64,000 bases of DNA from NCBI GenBank assembly GCA_012295275.1, contig CM022668.1:15252001-15316000 (forward strand), given 5' to 3'. The DNA is from Chrysomallon squamiferum (lineage: Eukaryota > Animalia > Mollusca). The translations under genes were made by a program, and so were the position numbers. Positions within the stretch are counted from its first letter, which is position 1. Every line of letters begins with the position of its first letter. Shown piece by piece: positions 13,293 to 28,829 of the stretch. The notes under the pieces were generated by a model. It was not told where the DNA came from. It worked only from the letters and a program-made list of their open reading frames with translations, and ran no database searches.

Positions 13293-14266
13293 CAGACAAA
13301 CAAACAGAATGACAGACAGCCGGACAGAACAACCAAAAAAAAGTCTTCCAAATCTTCATACACACAAACAAACATACAACAAATAAATAAATAAATAAAT
13401 AAATAATTCTTTAATACCGGTTAACTTAATCAATAAATATCATTAAATAAAATTAATATTATATTTTAGTATTGATAACCAGTAGTTTTAGTATTTTAGT
13501 GTTAATTAGAGTTCCCTTTTTAAAATGTAACAATTAAACATTTTTAAAATGTAATTATAATTTTAATGTAACGGGTATAGATTTTCAACGCTCAACATGC
13601 TTCACATTCCCAGAGTTATCTGAATAATGGGTTTCGCCTAAAATCCGGACAGAAATCTGTGATCCATCCTTTGTTAAATTACTTCTGGATGGTTGCATTA
13701 ACAAGAGAAAAAAAAAAAAAAAAAAAGACAATGAAATAAAAAAAAAAAAAGAAAAAAAAAAGATGAAAAAAAAAATGTGTTTGTTTCTGGGGTCACATGT
13801 TTTTCTGTTATTTATTAGGGTTAATAGGAACATATGTGCTTAATAAAAGAAATTAAAAAAAAAAAAATCTAATCAATAAGAAAGGTTTGGTATGAAGAAA
13901 GAGAACTAGAACATTCGTAGCTTTTGTTTTAATTGTCTTTTTCTTATTTTTTTTTTTTTTTTTTTTTTAAATCTCATTTTCACCACCATCTGTTTCGTTA
14001 TAAAAAAAAAAAAAAAAAAAATTAGAAAAAAAAAGAAAAAATACTTAGAGAAGATTTTCAACTGGTTTGTTTGTAGCTGTCTGATAGAACTGTTCCCATG
14101 TAAATTTATCAGTTCGTTGAAAAGCTTTCTACATTATGTTGCCTTCTTTTGATGTTTATTTTTAATTTCGTTTATTTCCCGTCTACAAAAAACACTCAAG
14201 GATGAAAGGTTTCACAAATTGAAAATTGGAAGAGGAAAAAAAAAAAAAAAAAAAAAATTAAAAATG

Positions 14267-14305
<39 letters not shown>

Positions 14306-14473
14306 GACGAAGTGTTTAAATTAGCTTTTGTATTTGTATATGGCACTTTATGATACGAGTTAAATACTGATTTATATATATATTTTAATTATTTTTATAT
14401 AATGATATATATTTTAATTATTTTTATGATTTAAGTTTGATCAAAGATGCTGATTGTAATGCAGTAGCAGTTG

Positions 14474-14708
14474 TAGAATCAGTACTAGTTGTAGAGATAG
14501 TAGTAGTAGTAGTAGTAGTAGTAATAGTAGTAGTAGTAGTGGTTGCTGAACTAGTATATTAGTAGTGGTAATATACAAGTAATTATAGTAGTAGTTCTAG
14601 AATCAGTACTAGTTGTAGAGATAGTAGTAATAGTAGTAGTAGTAGTGGTTGCTGAACTAGTATATTAGTAGTGGTAATATACAAGTAATTATAGTAGTAG
14701 TACTAGAA
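14474..14708. repeat. Tandem duplication (124 bp and 106 bp copies) containing an internal (TAG)n tract
   Basis: TAGAATCAGTACTAGTTGTAGAGATAG at 14474 and 14598. Both copies share TGGTTGCTGAACTAGTATATTAGTAGTGGTAATATACAAGTAATTATAG and differ in TAG unit number. Confidence 0.92.
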
Positions 14709-14920
14709 ACAGTGGCAATGAAATTGGTATTAGCAAGAACAGTAATGGTGGTAGTAATAGCAACAGCAACAGTTCTTGTTGATGCTGTTGTTGTTGTTGT
14801 AGTAGTAGTAAATCAGGAGTAATTGTCGTACTTGTAGCAGTTGCAGTCAGTATAGTAGGAATTATTTAAATTTAATACACATATATATTTATTATTTTTT
14901 CATCTGTTATTTAGTATTAA

Positions 14921-14959
<39 letters not shown>

Positions 14960-15286
14960 GATCATCATCATCATCTATTTGTTATTCTTTCTTTTACCTT
15001 TCATAAAATAAAATTTTACTTTATCTTGAATTTTGTCAAGATATTTATCAACATAGACCGGACAGAATTATGATATCTTTTCTCAATTGTTCTTCTTTCC
15101 TTTCTTTTCTTTTTTTCTTTCTTTCTTTCCTTCTGTCTTTCTTTTTTTTTCGTTCTTACCTTTCTTCTATCTTCTTTCAACCCATTGATTTAAGTCTGTT
15201 TTAAAAAAAAAAAAATTTATTTTGTTCAAGCCAGTTACTGTTATTAAAATGCTTTTAACTTCTTCGCTTCTGTTATTTCGTCTCTC

Positions 15287-15551
<265 letters not shown>

Positions 15552-15568
15552 CACGTTCTTTTTAAACT

Positions 15569-15604
<36 letters not shown>

Positions 15605-16226
15605 AGAAGAAAATAAAAAGAAAATATGTTATTCTGCAAAGCCTTTTTGGCTTTCGTAATTTTACGCGTTCGCATGACTCGTTTGAAGGCAGCCGATAAA
15701 GAGCACTTGAAATAAATGGCCCAGTGTTTTAATCGGGTATGTGTTATCTCTTGTCTGATGTTAGATCGGGTGGCGTGTCCTGTGAGGCTATTGTGATTAT
15801 TGTTAACGCTTCTTATTTACTATCACCTTTCTAACAAAAAAAAAAAAAAAAAAAAAAAAAAAAGAAATAATAGAAGTAAAACGAAACTGAGTATAATGTG
15901 AATAATGTTCTGTTATTTGAGATTTTAGGGAAATTTTCTTTTGTAAGATTTATTTATTTATATTATTTATTTATTTATATGTTTATTTATTTATTTGTTT
16001 ATTTATTTGTTTGTTTGTTTGTTTGTTTGTTTGTTTGTTTGTTTGTTTGTTTATTTGTTTGTTTGTTTGTTTGTTTATTTATTTATTTATTACTTTTATT
16101 TTTAGGACATGATTTGTACTTCTCTTGTTTCGATCTTGTTGTTTTTATTATCATCAACATCATCATCAATATCTTTACCTTTGTCCTTCTTCTTATTCTT
16201 TTTATAATAATAATAATGATGAGGAA

Positions 16227-16279
<53 letters not shown>

Positions 16280-16694
16280 TAACACAACCATATTTTTAAA
16301 ATCTTTTTACGATGCATTTTTTACGCTGTTGCCTTACTTACACACGCACACATTCACTCATACGCACATACATCCATGATACAAATATACATATATGGTA
16401 TATGTAGTAGTAGAAGTAGTAGTAGAAGACGTGGTTGTGGTGGCAGCAGCAACAACAGATGCAGTAATAGCAGTATTATTACTTGTTCGCTTTTGATGAT
16501 TGATTCGTGCTCTTCTGTTTATGTTCATTTTGTAGATAATTTATTTTTATTATAATTGACTTGTTTTTATTACTTTAATAGGAAAATGAATAGATCATAC
16601 AGAGAGAATATTAAAAAAAAATTATTATAAAAAAGATAATAAAACGTGCTAGTATATATACATCACGATATATATCTCCATAGCTATATCATTC

Positions 16695-16925
16695 TATCTG
16701 TCTGTCTGTTTGTCTGTCTGTGTATCTATCTATCTATCTATCTATCTATCTGTCTGTCTATTTATCTGCCTGTCTGTCTATCTATCTATTTATTTATGTC
16801 TGTCTGTCTATCTGCCTATCTGTCTATCCGTCTATTTATCTATCTACCTGTATATCTATCTATCTATCTATTTATCTATCTATGTATCTGTCTATCTATC
16901 TATCTATCTGTCTGTCTGTCTATCC
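16695..16925. repeat. Degenerate (TCTA)/(TCTG)n tetranucleotide tract
   Basis: Directly visible. Confidence 0.92.
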
Positions 16926-17259
16926 ATGTTTATGTATACAGTATATATAAACACAAACACACAAACACACACACACACATACAAACATGCATATGCAATA
17001 TACTTATGCATATGCATATGCACATACATACATACATGTTTACGTATACAAACTGAAATGAAAATATTCTGCTGCACTCAAAAGAGTTCAAAATTTGTGT
17101 CAAGTGATGCGTTCACATAATTACCAGATAATCCCAGTCGTAATAACGACAAACCAATTTATCATTTGACCCGGCGAGAAAAACAGTTAAATTAGACATT
17201 TGTCGCTCTGCTTTCCCTTTGTCTCTTCAGAAATATATCGCGATATAAATTCCGTTCGA

Positions 17260-17317
17260 TTACGTAACAATGACGTCAGGAATAATAACGTCAGGGTTCA
17301 TTCCATTATTGACGTAA
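17260..17317. promoter_or_regulatory. CRE/ATF-type bZIP site cluster
   Basis: TTACGTAA 17260, TGACGTCA 17271, AACGTCA 17287 and TGACGTAA 17310 within 58 bp. Confidence 0.5.
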
Positions 17318-18110
17318 CCATAGAAAATTGCGTTGTGTCACTGATATTAACGAACTGGCATCCGCTTAACTGAGCTTCGTTTTAATTAATTTTTTTCCAG
17401 TCGTTACAATAAGATATTTTCGTTATGGCTATTAGTGTCTAAAACGTGTCAGAGTTAAGTGATTGTTGCTTATTGCAAAAAATTATTGGAACGTGTATAT
17501 TTCAAACTGTTGTTTTGTTTTTTTCAGTACTTATTGGTTATAAGTACATTCAGGTATGGTTCGAATTCGGGTTGGTTTAAATTTATTGAAAATTTGTCTT
17601 AATTTCATTTATTTAATTCGTGTCTGATCTAATAATATATGCATGCATGCATGCATACATCATCGCATATATTTAATTAAAAATTTTAAAAAATAAAAAG
17701 ATAATCTAATTTATTCAAATTAAACTCGACATGTTATGTTTGGGAAACAAATTCATATTTATTAGTAGTTTTTTTTTTTTTTTTTTTTTTAATTAATAAT
17801 CAAATTTTCCTTTGACAGTCAGTGTTTTAATTATTAAATGCTGAATGTTACTTTAATATTTTAAATAATTTTGTAAAATGCAAAGTAAACCATATTTACA
17901 TTACTTTTGACAAAGATTGTCTATGTAATATCAATTTAACTAAAGTTCGTTAACTAACTATCTTTAAATGTTAGTAAAATTGACGTAACATTGGTTTTAA
18001 AAACGAAAAGAAAAATAATTATAAAATTTAAAAAAAAAAAAAAAAAAAACAACAAAACAAAACAATAGGTTATGCATAATGAATTGTTAGTATAATGAGC
18101 CCCCAATTTT

Positions 18111-18222
<112 letters not shown>

Positions 18223-18409
18223 AATACACACACACACACACGTATATATATATTTAGATATGGATATAGTGTCTCTCTCACACATACATGTACACACATT
18301 TTTTATCTAATTTTCTCTCTCTCTGTCCCTCTGAGTATTAAGTATATATGTAAGTAAGTATATTTATGTATATATCTGTGTATGTTTGCTTATAGTATGT
18401 ATGTAATGT

Positions 18410-18448
<39 letters not shown>

Positions 18449-18727
18449 GTTAAATATATATATATATATCCTCTCTACCCTCACCTCCTCCTATCTTCAG
18501 TACACATGCTACATTAATAATGCTATGAATATTATGTTACGCTTAATAGAAATTTAGTGTTAACAAAAAACTTCAAACATTTATATCAAAAGCTATTAAA
18601 ATAGATGCCAAGTGAAATTCGCTTGTCAAAATTATGTGAAAAGTCTTTAAAAGTCAAGTTATGTGACACAAACTCTGATATTAACTCGAATAAAAGTTTC
18701 TCTGATATATTTATATACTACGTGAAA

Positions 18728-18769
<42 letters not shown>

Positions 18770-19209
18770 GTTACTGTCTGTTAGTCTTCGTGTACATGTA
18801 TTAGTCTGTCAGTGCGTGTCCGTGTGTGTATACGTGTGTGAGTATGCTTGTTAGCATGAGTGTAAGTAAATAAGTAACCTCATTTTATGTTCATTTGTGT
18901 GTTTTTTGATTTTATTTTATTTATGTTTGGTTTAGGGTTTGGAGGAAAAAGAAACAAAAAAAAAAAAACAGGAATTTTCATGATCTCAAATTTATATCAA
19001 ATTCTAGAAAACTGCAAGAACAGGTTCTAACTTTAACTATCTTATTTTAAAAAAAAAAAAAAAAAAATAACAAAAACATTTTCACGCTATTTATATTGTA
19101 AAAACAGCTTTGTAAAAGAAAGTTGAAGAAGAAGAAAAAAAAAAAAGAAGAAAAAAAGAGAGAAAAAAAAAACTATTTAAAAAAGAAAAAAAAAAAAAAA
19201 AAAAAAAAA

Positions 19210-19569
19210 AATGGCGTTGATTCAAATAAGAAAAGTCAGGCGCGAAGATATTCGCAGTTTTAGTTTCGTATCTCGCACGGCGGGGTCGCTTAGGCCGTCG
19301 CTAAAAGATTTATACGTCGCCCATTAGGGATGTCATTAGCTGCAGTGATTGATGACTGCGGGTATGTATCGTTTGTTTTGTAATTGGCTGGGGTTTTTCA
19401 TGCCAACTTTTAGTGTGAAATTTCACGACTTCTTCCGAGTAATTCAATTACCCGTGTTCTTTCTCTCTCCCGTCTGCTTTCATTGTCGTTCCCTGGTTAC
19501 CCGTTTTACGCGACTGATAGACATTTTTTTTTTATTCGTTTCTTTACGTATTATGTGTCTCCCTGTCTA

Positions 19570-19570
<1 letters not shown>
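19210..19570 (+). promoter_or_regulatory. CpG-rich island; candidate promoter / first exon or enhancer of Sp6-9
   Basis: Unique CpG-rich sequence. ATG at 19330 (MSLAAVIDDC...), donor-like GG|GTATGT at 19362, reverse CCAAT (ATTGGCTG, 19383-19390). The donor phase does not directly match the phase-0 acceptor at 31081. Confidence 0.35.
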
Positions 19571-19612
<42 letters not shown>

Positions 19613-19690
19613 TGATGTGACGCGGGTTCGAATCATACGAGTGGACATGGTTTTTATTTTTTAATTTCTTTTTTTGTTTGTTATTGTTGT

Positions 19691-19729
<39 letters not shown>

Positions 19730-20029
19730 TTTGTTTGTTTGTTTGTTTGTTTGTTTGTTCGTTCGTTTATGTCTTTATTTTATTTATTTTTTTCTGTATT
19801 TACATACTTACTTACTTATTTAATTACCTTTTACTATTTATTTTTTTTTTTATTTTTCTCTCGATAATCAAAAATAAAAGTAAATTTTAGTACATATTTG
19901 CACGTATCCAAATGTTTGTATACACATATACTTATATACAAATATAAACAATACACACACACATAAACACACATACATATAATTATATGCAAGTATTTAT
20001 ATACATACATATTCATATTCATAAATTTA

Positions 20030-20098
<69 letters not shown>

Positions 20099-20474
20099 GT
20101 ATGAATATACGTGTGTGTGTGTGTGGGTGGTTGGGTGGGCGTGTATTTATGTATGTATGTGTGTCTGTAGGTGGGTGTGTCCTGCGCGTGTGTTTAATTT
20201 TGTTTGTTTTGTTGCGCATTGTGCACGCATATATATAATAATAACAACAACAACTTTAACAGTAACACTAATTCACCACTACGCAGTTGAAATGTTCTGT
20301 TTATCAATGAAAGACTCAGAATGTTGGTTCCGCATTTTTCTGTCTTGATCTGTCCTGTGCCAAATGATTTTTCACCAGTGCTCATTCACATCATCTTCCC
20401 ATCATCTGGCTGATCTTCTGCTAGGTTATTTTCAATCGTAAGTTTTTTATCAGTTGGTGAAACACGATGTCCTT

Positions 20475-20800
<326 letters not shown>

Positions 20801-21385
20801 GCAACAGTAGCAAAAAAAAAAAAAAAAAAAATTACCAAATGAATACGTACAAAGGTAATGATGTTATTCAAAAGTAAGATTGTTCTTATCTAAGTTTTAA
20901 AAAATTTAGTAATAAAATTAGTTCATCAGTAATAAATGTCTTTTTCATTTGACTCTGTTTAGATATGAAGATTTGATGAGAAATGGATTATGTTTGTACA
21001 AGCATAGACAAATCTATTATTTGTTAATTTAAATTTGTTATATATTTTTTTTATCTGTTCGCGTTATTTCTTTATATACTTTTATCTTCTTTCGTTATCA
21101 ATATTACTGTTTTTATTATTATTATCATCATCATTATCATCTTTATCATAATCATCATAACGTCATCGTGAACTGTAAAGATATCATATTTCTGCTGATG
21201 TTGTCATACTTTTAACAGACTTAATTTCTTCTTCTTCTTCTTCTTCTTATTATTATTAGATTGTGTTGGAGGGTTTTAACAACTGGTTTTACTTCTTAGT
21301 TTAATAAATACTGTAATATATCTAAAAAAAAAAAATGTCATCGAATTTTGTTTTTTACAGTTGCAGGAATCGGTTAAGTATAATT

Positions 21386-21424
<39 letters not shown>

Positions 21425-21817
21425 TTTTATTTTATTTTATTTTATTTTATTTTATTTTGTTTTATTTCGCCTTGCTTTATTTTGTTTGGTTAAGAGCGAC
21501 ACGAATTTTTGATGCTTATTAATTTTATTTATTCAGTATTTACTTACATATTTACTTATTTACTTACTGATTAATTTAATTTATGCCTATATAAAATCAG
21601 TTAAATAAAAATAAACGAAATATTTATTCTCGTAAAATAAAACAAATTTAAAATGTACAAAAATGTTATTTATTTAATTTTAGTCAATTAATAATTTAAC
21701 TGTTTATGTTGTGGTTTATATATTTATTTACTAACTTATGTACTTAATTAATTAGTTACGTATTTTATTTTATTATAATAATCATAGAAATTAAAGATAA
21801 CCTATCCCTTTATTTGT

Positions 21818-21856
<39 letters not shown>

Positions 21857-22536
21857 TTATTAATGTTTTTATTATTATTATTATTTGTATTTTTATTTAT
21901 TTATTTATTTTTTGTTGTTATTGTTCTTCATGGTTCTCTACTTTTTAAAAATAATTTCTCTTTCAAGTTATCAAATTTAATTGAAATATTTAACTCCAAT
22001 ATTCCATCTAGATATTACATCTAAGATTTCGTAATTCTCTGAAAATCGACAAACGCGTAAAATACAAATTTAACAATCACAATAAAATACATTTTTATAT
22101 TCACTCTTTGCAACTTTCGGCGGTATTTTTTATGATTTCACATAAAGTAATTTCTAAAATGTTCTGATTAAAATCTAACACCATTACATAAATGTAGAAA
22201 CAGTAAAAAATATATTTTACAGGCTTTTCCATTTTTATATCATAATTAAATAACGATTTTAAAAGTAATCGTAAGTAAAGTATAAAAAAAGAAAAGAAAT
22301 TGAAGCCTTTCTTAAGAAATTAGATTTGACGAATATATATATATATATAAAATTTAAATTAAGAAAGGTTAATATACTAAAATTACTTTGCTTGAAAAAT
22401 AATTTGAAAACTGAAAACTAAATCCGGTTCGGTTATATTTCAACCCAAAAATAAATAAATAAATAAAATAATAATAATAATTAAAAAAATTAAATAAATA
22501 AATAAAAATTAAAATAAAAATAAAAATATAAAAATA

Positions 22537-22579
<43 letters not shown>

Positions 22580-23128
22580 GTGAATAAATTAATAAATAAA
22601 TAAATAAAGAGTAATACAGAGTTTGAAATTCATTTCCAACAAGGCTTATTATCGATAGACAAACTTAATACTCATGGTACAATATTACGCATTACTGCCA
22701 GTACCGTTATATTTGTGGTACAACATTGGTACAATATATTTTATTACGGAAAGTACTTTAACGTTCTTTCACAGCATCAACAGTATCCCCACAATTGTAC
22801 AGTATCCTGTATTACTTAAAGTACCTCCACGTTTGTATATTTTATACGATTAATATTATACCTTCGTTTGTACCACGTTCATGGTACAACAATTCTGAGA
22901 AAAGATCTCTCGTTCATGGTACCATACTATTGACAGTCTCCATTCGTATCATGTTGTAGTATCTTGTATGATTCTTAGTATATCTAGAATCATGACATAG
23001 TATCTTCCACTTTTAAAATATGTTCATGTTTATCAAAATATACAAGAATTTTATAGAAAAATGCCTAATATTAATTTATAGTATTAGCTGTGATATCTTG
23101 CGATTTTGTTTAGATACAAATTCTTCTT

Positions 23129-23159
<31 letters not shown>

Positions 23160-24055
23160 TTATTATTATTATTAATTTATGGTGTTAAGCTTACACACAA
23201 ATTACATTAATTTGCTCTCTCCCATTGTATCATATTATATTATATTAAATTACGTTATATTGTATTTATCTACGTTACGTTACGTTACATTGCGTTACTT
23301 TACGTTATATTATATTATATTATATTATATTATATTATATTATATTATATTATATTATATTATATTATATTATATTTTATTATATTGTATTATATTATAC
23401 TGTTGATTGGGTTTTTTTTTTTTTTTCTTTTCTTTTTAATTTAAGTTTTCGCTTGGCTTTATTTCATTTACATTACATTTATCTGTTTATTTATTTATTT
23501 ATTTTTATTTATTTTTTATCCATACATAATCGATATACTTCGTCATATAAATAAATAAAATAAAATAAAATAAAATAAATAAGCAAAAGAATAAATAAAT
23601 GAATTTTCCGTTTTTGTTAAAATAATTATATGAAAACAAATAAATAAATAAATAAATTTCAAATAATTAAAAATTAAATAAAATAAACAAATTACGGTAA
23701 TTCTAACTAGAGCGCTATTCAACATTTAAAGCTGTTTGCTAAATATTCATTTATTTTATTATTTTGCCTAGTAACGCATTTAGTTGCGTGTGAATGTGTA
23801 GGTATATAAACATTTAAATATACATACATAGATATATAGATATATTTACATATTGTTGAAGTTTATATACTTATTGTTTTATATTTTCTTTAAAGACTTC
23901 TTACTTAATTTTAATTCATCTTATTTTATTTATTTTTTTTGTTACCTGGTTGCTTATTCGGGTTGTTTTGTTGTTAGGTTTCTCGGTTATTTGAGTTGTT
24001 TTTTTGGTTCACACGGGTTCAAATATTTCTTCTTCTTCTTCTTCTTCTTCTTCTT

Positions 24056-24086
<31 letters not shown>

Positions 24087-24454
24087 TTATTATTACTACT
24101 ATTATTATCATCATCATCATTATCATCAAATATATAAATTTAAAACTTTCATAAAAAATATATATATATATATTCGCGCACATACACACATACACGCATA
24201 CACAAATGTAAAACATACACACACACACACGTTTAAAAGAAACTATATATATATATATTTTAAGTTCCGTTTATGAGTCTTGTTCAAATTAATTTTTTGT
24301 ATTTTATTCAATTATTCTTTAAACATATTATTTAAACTATCAGTTTGTTTAATAAAGTAATAGGTATTTAAACGAATATGTTTTAATGTTTAATATTAAT
24401 TCGATATTCAACAAAGTTTGGTTATTACATTTTATTTTATCGCTATTATTATTA

Positions 24455-24525
<71 letters not shown>

Positions 24526-27500
24526 GTTGTTATTGTTGGTGTTGTTGTTTTTATTACTATTGTTATTATTATTAATTTTCATAAATAAATATTTATTTAC
24601 ATATTTATTATGATCTATATTTTCCTTATTTGTTCATTATTTATTTTCGACATTTTTACTATTTTATTTAATTCGTTTTCGTTTCAAATTTCCTTTCGAC
24701 ATTCACATTTGCCATCACAGTTGTTAAATTCAATTCTTAATTCAATTTTTATTTTATTTCATTTCATTTTTATTTTATTAAATAATAATAATAATAATAA
24801 TATTCAGCTTTTATTTATTTATTTATTTTTATAACCTTTTCATATCCTTTGTCAAGGATTCTTCAAAACTCTTTTCTTTCTTTTCTTTTTTGTCGAAAAT
24901 CTGCAAACACCAATTAATTTAACATATTGCCTGGCTCAAATCCATAAAGGAGAGAGAGAAAAAAAAAAAGTTTTCACCAGTGGAATTGATTTGTTGTTAC
25001 TCGCTCGAGTTTGCTCTTAACTTTTCAAAAGACTCTTCGAACTCTCGTCTGTTATGAAGTGCGCTGAGAAAAACGGTGGAAATTTCATCAATAACAAACA
25101 GTCAATACTGTTAATCGAAAGGCAGTTTGCTAAATGGAGGCTCTTGTGGGGGGGGCGTGACAAGTTTTCTTTTCTCTGCTACGCGCACTTGAAAACCTTG
25201 TGTCGTTTCCGATACAATAGTGAAGAACCAGTCGTGTTCGTTTAGAATTTTTTTTTTTTATTATTATTTTTTTTTTTCTTTCTTTCTTTTTTTTAAACAA
25301 ATACGACGATTTACTTCAGATATTTTTGTTCAGTGGTAAGCTGAAATGTTTTTGTTATGTTTTTTTTTCTTTTTTTTTTTTTTTTTTTTTTTTTTTGTTT
25401 TGTTTTTTTGGTCTTTACACGGTAACTAATTTTTGGGCTAAATGAAAACATCTTTGGATATTTTTTTTATTATTATTATTGGCTAAAAATACACAACACC
25501 TGGATTACTGTTTTTGTGTGTATAGCGAAAAAGTTGAGGAATTGACACGTAATATGTTTCATGGCTTATCTTTGATTGTTCTTTGGTAAATTCTTGTTGC
25601 TGAAGGATTTGAAATTCCAGGTTTTACAAAGCAGCTTTAGTCTTAATTTTAAGTATTATAAGTAATATAATACAATGATTTGAAAGGATAAACTAAATGC
25701 CCGTACGAGAGTTAACAAAAGATCGTTTGTATGACTTAATGTTACCGATTCGTAAAACGCTGACGGAAAAACAAAATCTTTAAACTTTGGTAAATTTTCT
25801 TTTAGATATTATAATTTATTATTGTTTTGTTTTAATTAAAATAACAGGTTTTTTTTTTTTTTAACCTATTATTTTTCTCTTCAGTATTAAAAGGTGTAAA
25901 TGTTTCAGTATTTAATAATTTAAGTTTGTATAAGAATTTAATTAATTATGAGTTTAAATAAAATAAAAAATTAATAAAATAAAATTTAAATATTAATTTG
26001 ATTTAAGAATTAAAATATTTATTAGCTTCAAAAACATACAAAAACAAAATAAATAAAATTACATTGCTCATGCAATATTTTATGATCTCTTTAATTTTTA
26101 CAACACAAAATCTGTTTATATTGTGTTCAATAATCGAAAAAGATATTGTGTTTCATAATCTAATATTTATCCTTAAATTTTAAATTAAAATATTTATTAA
26201 TATCCTTTATATTAATATATATATATTTTTTTTTTTGTTTGAAATTTAGATATTGCGTTATTTTTCAGAATAATCGAAAACAAATTAGGTTAGAAATAAT
26301 TTTGAAACAGAATATGTTAGAAGCAAAATATAGACATATACGCATGTATCACACACACACACACATACACACATTCGTACACAAATACATTTACGAACAA
26401 ACACACATACATCCACATATACATTTTCCTTCTTGTTTTCCCTTTAAAATTTTACTTCAAGTATTTTTATCTATTTAACTATCTATCTGTACTTTTCTTT
26501 ATCTGTCAACCTGGCTATCAATGCGTCTTTTATTCTGTTTGTCTATTTATTTATCTAAAAATATGTTATTTCATTATTTCCATCAGTTCACTGTTATTGT
26601 TATTTATTATTATTATTATTAATATTATTGTTGTTGCTGTTGCTGTTGTTGTTGTTACTGTTGTTGTGTTGGTGGTGGTGGTTGTTTTATATTTTGTGAT
26701 GAAGAACAATAAAATAAAGAGCTCTTACTTAGAAGCAAATTTCAAGATGGAGACATTTTCTTTTTTTTTTTTTTTTTTTTTTTCATTTTTTTTTTTTTCA
26801 CGCTCTTTTTCCCCCTCCCGTTTCTTTTCACGTTCTCTCTTATTTATTTTTCTGTCTTTCCTTCCTTCTATTTTTCCTTTTCTATTTGTCCTTTCTAGTT
26901 TTCTTTATCTTTTTAAATTTTATTAGTACTGTCGCTTTCTTCTCAAAATAAATCTTAACTCCCTCAATTCCGAATCCGACATTTTTCTTCTTCTTCTTCT
27001 TCGTTTTATGTGAAAACACTTGTGTTGTCGCTGCGAAGAATAATCTGTTTACACAAATGTAATTACTATCCCTCCGGCGGATGGAAAATCAAATATATTT
27101 CTTTGAAAACGTTCGTGAATTTAAACGGTAAGGAGCTTTCTTCGTATGTTTTCGCTTCCTTTGAAAATCGTTGTCAATTAGCGTAATTCACTCTGAATAA
27201 AAAGGTTTTGTACGAATCTGTAAATGTCTCTTTTCGCTTTTATTCTCACTTCGCTCAGCTTCGTTCAAAACGAAATGGTTTAAATATTTGTTTCTTTTTC
27301 TGTTTTTCGCGTAATTCTTTTTTTTTTTTTTTTTTTCGGATACAGAATCGTTTTTTACGTTTTTCTTTCTGTTTTTTTTTTTTTTGTTTAATTCTTTCAG
27401 ATTAAAAAATTTTTTTTTTTTTTTTTTGATTTTTGTTTGTTTCTTTCTTTCTTTCTTTCTGTCATTTCGTTTTAATGTGTTCGTTCTTTCTGTGTTTTCG

Positions 27501-28618
27501 TTTCATTCTTTCGGAATAATATTCGTTTTAAATCTTTCTTTCTTTCCATCTTTCATTTAAATTTTCCAGAACAAAAATCGTTCGATGTAAATGGTGTAAA
27601 TTTTCTTTCTTTATCTTGTTTAGAAAATGTTTATTTTTGTCTTTCCATCTTTTTCTTTAATTTCTTCGAACAAATATTTTAATATTTTCTTTCTTTCCCC
27701 ATCTTATTTTTGAAAATATTTTGCGAATGAACAATAAAATTTGTTAGGAATAAATCGTTTAAGTCTTTCTCTTATTTCCATCATTGTTTACATAATTTGT
27801 TAAAAGTAAACTGCATAAATTTAAATATAGTTCTTTCTTTCTAATTTACATATTACAAATTTATCTTTATAACTTTTCTTTTTCTTATTAATTTCTGTTA
27901 CTTTTTACTGAATTTCGAAACATACTCCAGTAAACGACTTTTATTTTTATATTTCTTTCTAATTTATGTATAAATAATCTATCTTATTTTACTCAGAATA
28001 AAAATTATCTAAATATTTCTTAATTATAATTTATTACTTTTCTTTCTTCTTTGTTTCTTTTTTCTTTATTTCTTCTTTCTTTCTTTCTTTTCTTCTTTCT
28101 TTCTTGTTTTACTTGCTATCTTTTCATGCAGAAAAAGTTAAAATATGTATTTTTCCTCTCGTTCGCGTTGATTTTCTTGTACGTTTCACAAGAAAATTCC
28201 TCTAAAAATTATTTTCTTTCTCTTATTTTCATTTTTGTCTATTTAATTCAGACAGAAAATCTTCGGAACTCTCTTTTACTTTTATTCTTCTTTCATTCTT
28301 ATTTTCTGAAGAAAAAACAATTAATTTATTGTAAAATATTTCTTTTGTTTCCTTTTATATCACTCAACATAGTAAATATCTCTAAATATTTTATCTTTTT
28401 TTCTTTCTTTCTTTAATTACTTCTAACGATTTCTTGTCTAAAAATCTAAATTTTTTTCTTCCTTTTTTCTTAAATGTTTCGTTCATTCATTCAGTGTGTT
28501 TTTGTTCTTTACTTGTTTCTTTCTATTTTATACTGAATGAAATATCAGATTATTTTCTGTCTATCTTTTATTTTTATATTTTTCTTTCTGTTGTTTGTTT
28601 GCTTGTTTGTTTGTTTGT

Positions 28619-28653
<35 letters not shown>

Positions 28654-28794
28654 TAACTGTGTTTTGGCTTCAGTATGAGTCATGAATGCGTTAATTATTT
28701 TGCTCGTTTATTTGCGGGTTTTCTATTTCATTTTATTTCTTATTTAGTCATTCATACCAAATATTTTTCTTACCAATAATTTTACTTACCATAT

Positions 28795-28829
<35 letters not shown>

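Noticed and set aside
14298-14307. YY1-like AAAATGGCG (also at ~19208)
   Set aside because: The A's are supplied by adjacent poly(A) runs, so the match has little information.
19619-19650. tRNA-like B box GGTTCGAATC (similar fragments at ~17558, ~35775 minus strand, ~44076)
   Set aside because: No A box or cloverleaf; the upstream sequence is (TG)n. At most SINE remnants, not tRNA genes.
21351-21380. Possible micro-exon (ttttttacag|TTGCAGGAATCG|gttaag)
   Set aside because: Weak donor, and its 12-nt length would not fix the phase mismatch of the candidate first exons.
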